From: Mobula hypostoma
Taxonomy: Eukaryota
Length of the DNA: 64,000 bases
NCBI RefSeq assembly: GCF_963921235.1
Contig: NC_086097.1
Location: 126,110,001 to 126,174,000 of the forward strand
Reading direction: 5' to 3'
Shown: positions 62,031 through 64,000 of the stretch, piece by piece
Numbering within the stretch: position 1 is the stretch's first letter
Layout: every line of letters starts with the position of its first letter
The notes under the pieces: generated by a model
What the model was told of the DNA's origin: nothing
What the model saw: only the letters and a program-made list of their open reading frames with translations
Database searches by the model: none
Translations under genes and position numbers: made by a program

Positions 62031-62364
62031 TTCAAAAGTAACACTTGACGTAAGTTATTGAACTTTGAGCTTGACAATCCAAGGTTTGGTCATAGCACAA
62101 AATAGTGTTTTTTTTTAAGATATTCAGCCATGAAATAATTAGCACTAGAACTGGGACAACTGACCTAGCTTTCAGATACTACTCTGATGACTACGCTGTT
62201 GATTTGGGGAACTGGACTTGATGTGTTGAGATTGGGATTTGTGACCATTTCCATGTTGGAGTCATTTATTTACTTTCTTATTCCCAAACCCATATGTTCA
62301 TTGTAACTGCCAATTTTTGTAGAGGCTTTAAATCTTGCTGCTTGATGTCACAAGTAGGGTGATG

Positions 62365-62485
62365 TAGAAGTGTCCTGGCTTGAAGCATCAACTGTTTATT
62401 CATTTCCCTAGATGCTGCTTGACCTGTTGAGTTTCTCTGAGAGTGAGAGAGTGAGATTCCAGCATCTGCAGACTTTTTCATGTTT
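62365..62485 (+). mobile_element. Decayed Penelope terminal-repeat fragment
   Basis: CATCAACTGTTTATT..TAGATGCTGCTTGACCTGTTGAGTTTC..TTCCAGCATCTGCAGA. Confidence 0.65.
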
Positions 62486-63786
62486 ATCACAATTAAATTT
62501 GTCTTCTGATCTTGTAAAAGCACATTCATGTATTTGTACTATATCTCTCTGTGTAGTGGAGAAGGTTGCAGTATTATGATGATAAAGTTTAAGGGAAAGG
62601 GGATTCTCAAGATTCCTGTAAAACAATGGATTCAGTACTGACTATGTGACTGCAGTGTGTTTGAATAATGTCTCACAGCTGCTTCCTTTGGAGAAGATAA
62701 GGGTTAAAGTTCACCCAGATCTACATCAGATGTCTCTGGGCTTTTCACACCTTTTGATTTTGACAAAAGGCAGTGCCTAATGGAAATTGGACAGAAAATT
62801 CCTTTCCTAATGAAAGCATAAATTTGACGGATGTTCTTACCTTTGTAATTAAGTTGTGGCTCTAGCAAACCAGGTAGGACATTCTTTTCTTTAATTAAGG
62901 TGGCTGGAGTGTCTAACAAATTGATTGTACTTTGTATCAATAGTCCATTGACTTGGCTGGAATAGTTATCAAACTGATCGTTCTTTTATGTCAGTGGCCT
63001 TATAACTTCTGACAATTCTGACATCGGGCAGTGAACTTGTGGAACCGCCGAGGAGATGAGAAAGGGTCTCTCCCTGATGTCGGGTCCAAGGTCACTCGCC
63101 GGCTGAGCTCGAAGAAATAAACGGGTGAAAAGACAAGTAATAATCTTTTTGTGCTGTCGTTATTTGATCCAGCAAAGTTACGTTTACAATGATGTCAATT
63201 GATTCTGGCACAATCAATCAAAGGAACTTGTTTTTCATTGTAGGTACTTCAACTGAACCTTTGGCCCAATTTTTTTAAGCTTACATTTCAGCTTTGCTTT
63301 GACAGTGTCTATTCAAAAAAAAAATCAGTTGTTCAGATTATTTTTGCTAGTGGATTGTAAGCAGAATATCAGTAATGTAATCACTCAAGTCAAGTATAAT
63401 GTTCTCCTTGTCAATTGGTGGGTACCCGGGTGGTTCTAGATGCTGACCTGGGATCCACACGTTGTGGTGCAGTATTGGCAAGAGTAAATGGTGGCCATGG
63501 TTAGTGGTTGGGTCCTTTGGTTGTTCAGTCTCTCCTTTCACAGCTGTCACTTGTTCTCTGGTACAGCAGTGGTTGTTCTCATGTAGAGCATCTCGCTCCT
63601 GAACAGATTTCCTCCAGGTGTACCTATTGAGTGTAATGCCTTCCTAGTTTTTAGATGGAATGTTGAATTTATTGCCATTGATTTTGATGTTTTCTTTGAA
63701 GCATTTCCTTTGCCTATGAACAAAATATAGCATTGTTAATATGTGGTATTTGAAATTCCCTTGCTTGTTACTTTCACATCATTGTA

Positions 63787-64000
63787 CAGTGGCATGCAGA
63801 AGTTTGGACACCCCGGTCAAAATTTCTGTTACTGTGAATAGTTAAGTGAGTAGAAGATGAACTGATCTCCAAAAATCATGGTTAAAGATAAAACACTCTT
63901 TTCAACATTTTAAGCAAGATAAGTATTATTTTTGTTTTGTGCAATTTTAGAGTGGGGGAAAAAAGGAAAGGAGCACCATGCAAAAGTTTGGGCACCCCAA
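63787..64000 (+). mobile_element. Left end of a Tc1 element of the same family as 13372-14303, cut by the window edge
   Basis: TA|CAGTGGCATGCAGAAGTTTGGACACCCC; closely similar to 13372-13585. Confidence 0.92.

Noticed and set aside
9142..62485. Recurring palindromic repeats as CRISPR or terminators
   Set aside because: Eukaryotic context, dispersed copies, no repeat-spacer periodicity and no cas genes; explained by PLE terminal repeats.

Overview
Repeat-dense vertebrate DNA; the repeat families point to a cartilaginous fish, probably a ray (inference). No host protein-coding exon could be identified, and nearly all long ORFs are transposon-derived or antisense to transposon ORFs. LINEs: many Rex1/Babar fragments, several CR1s (one near-intact ORF2, one near-full-length copy with an inverted 5' part), and an L1/Tx1-clade copy with a 13-bp TSD. 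LTR elements: two decayed Ty3/Gypsy elements (one with PNMA-like gag, tRNA-Pro PBS and a 3' LTR split by nested insertions) and a solo LTR. DNA transposons and SINEs: Tc1 elements, a young PIF/Harbinger MITE, and V-SINEs. Two CpG-island promoters lie at about 15.4-17.9 kb and 59.9-60.2 kb. The most notable signal is a Penelope-like element (PLE) terminal-repeat family present in at least 8 copies. It carries a minimal type-I hammerhead ribozyme motif and has also produced small fold-back units flanked by 11-14 bp target-site duplications.
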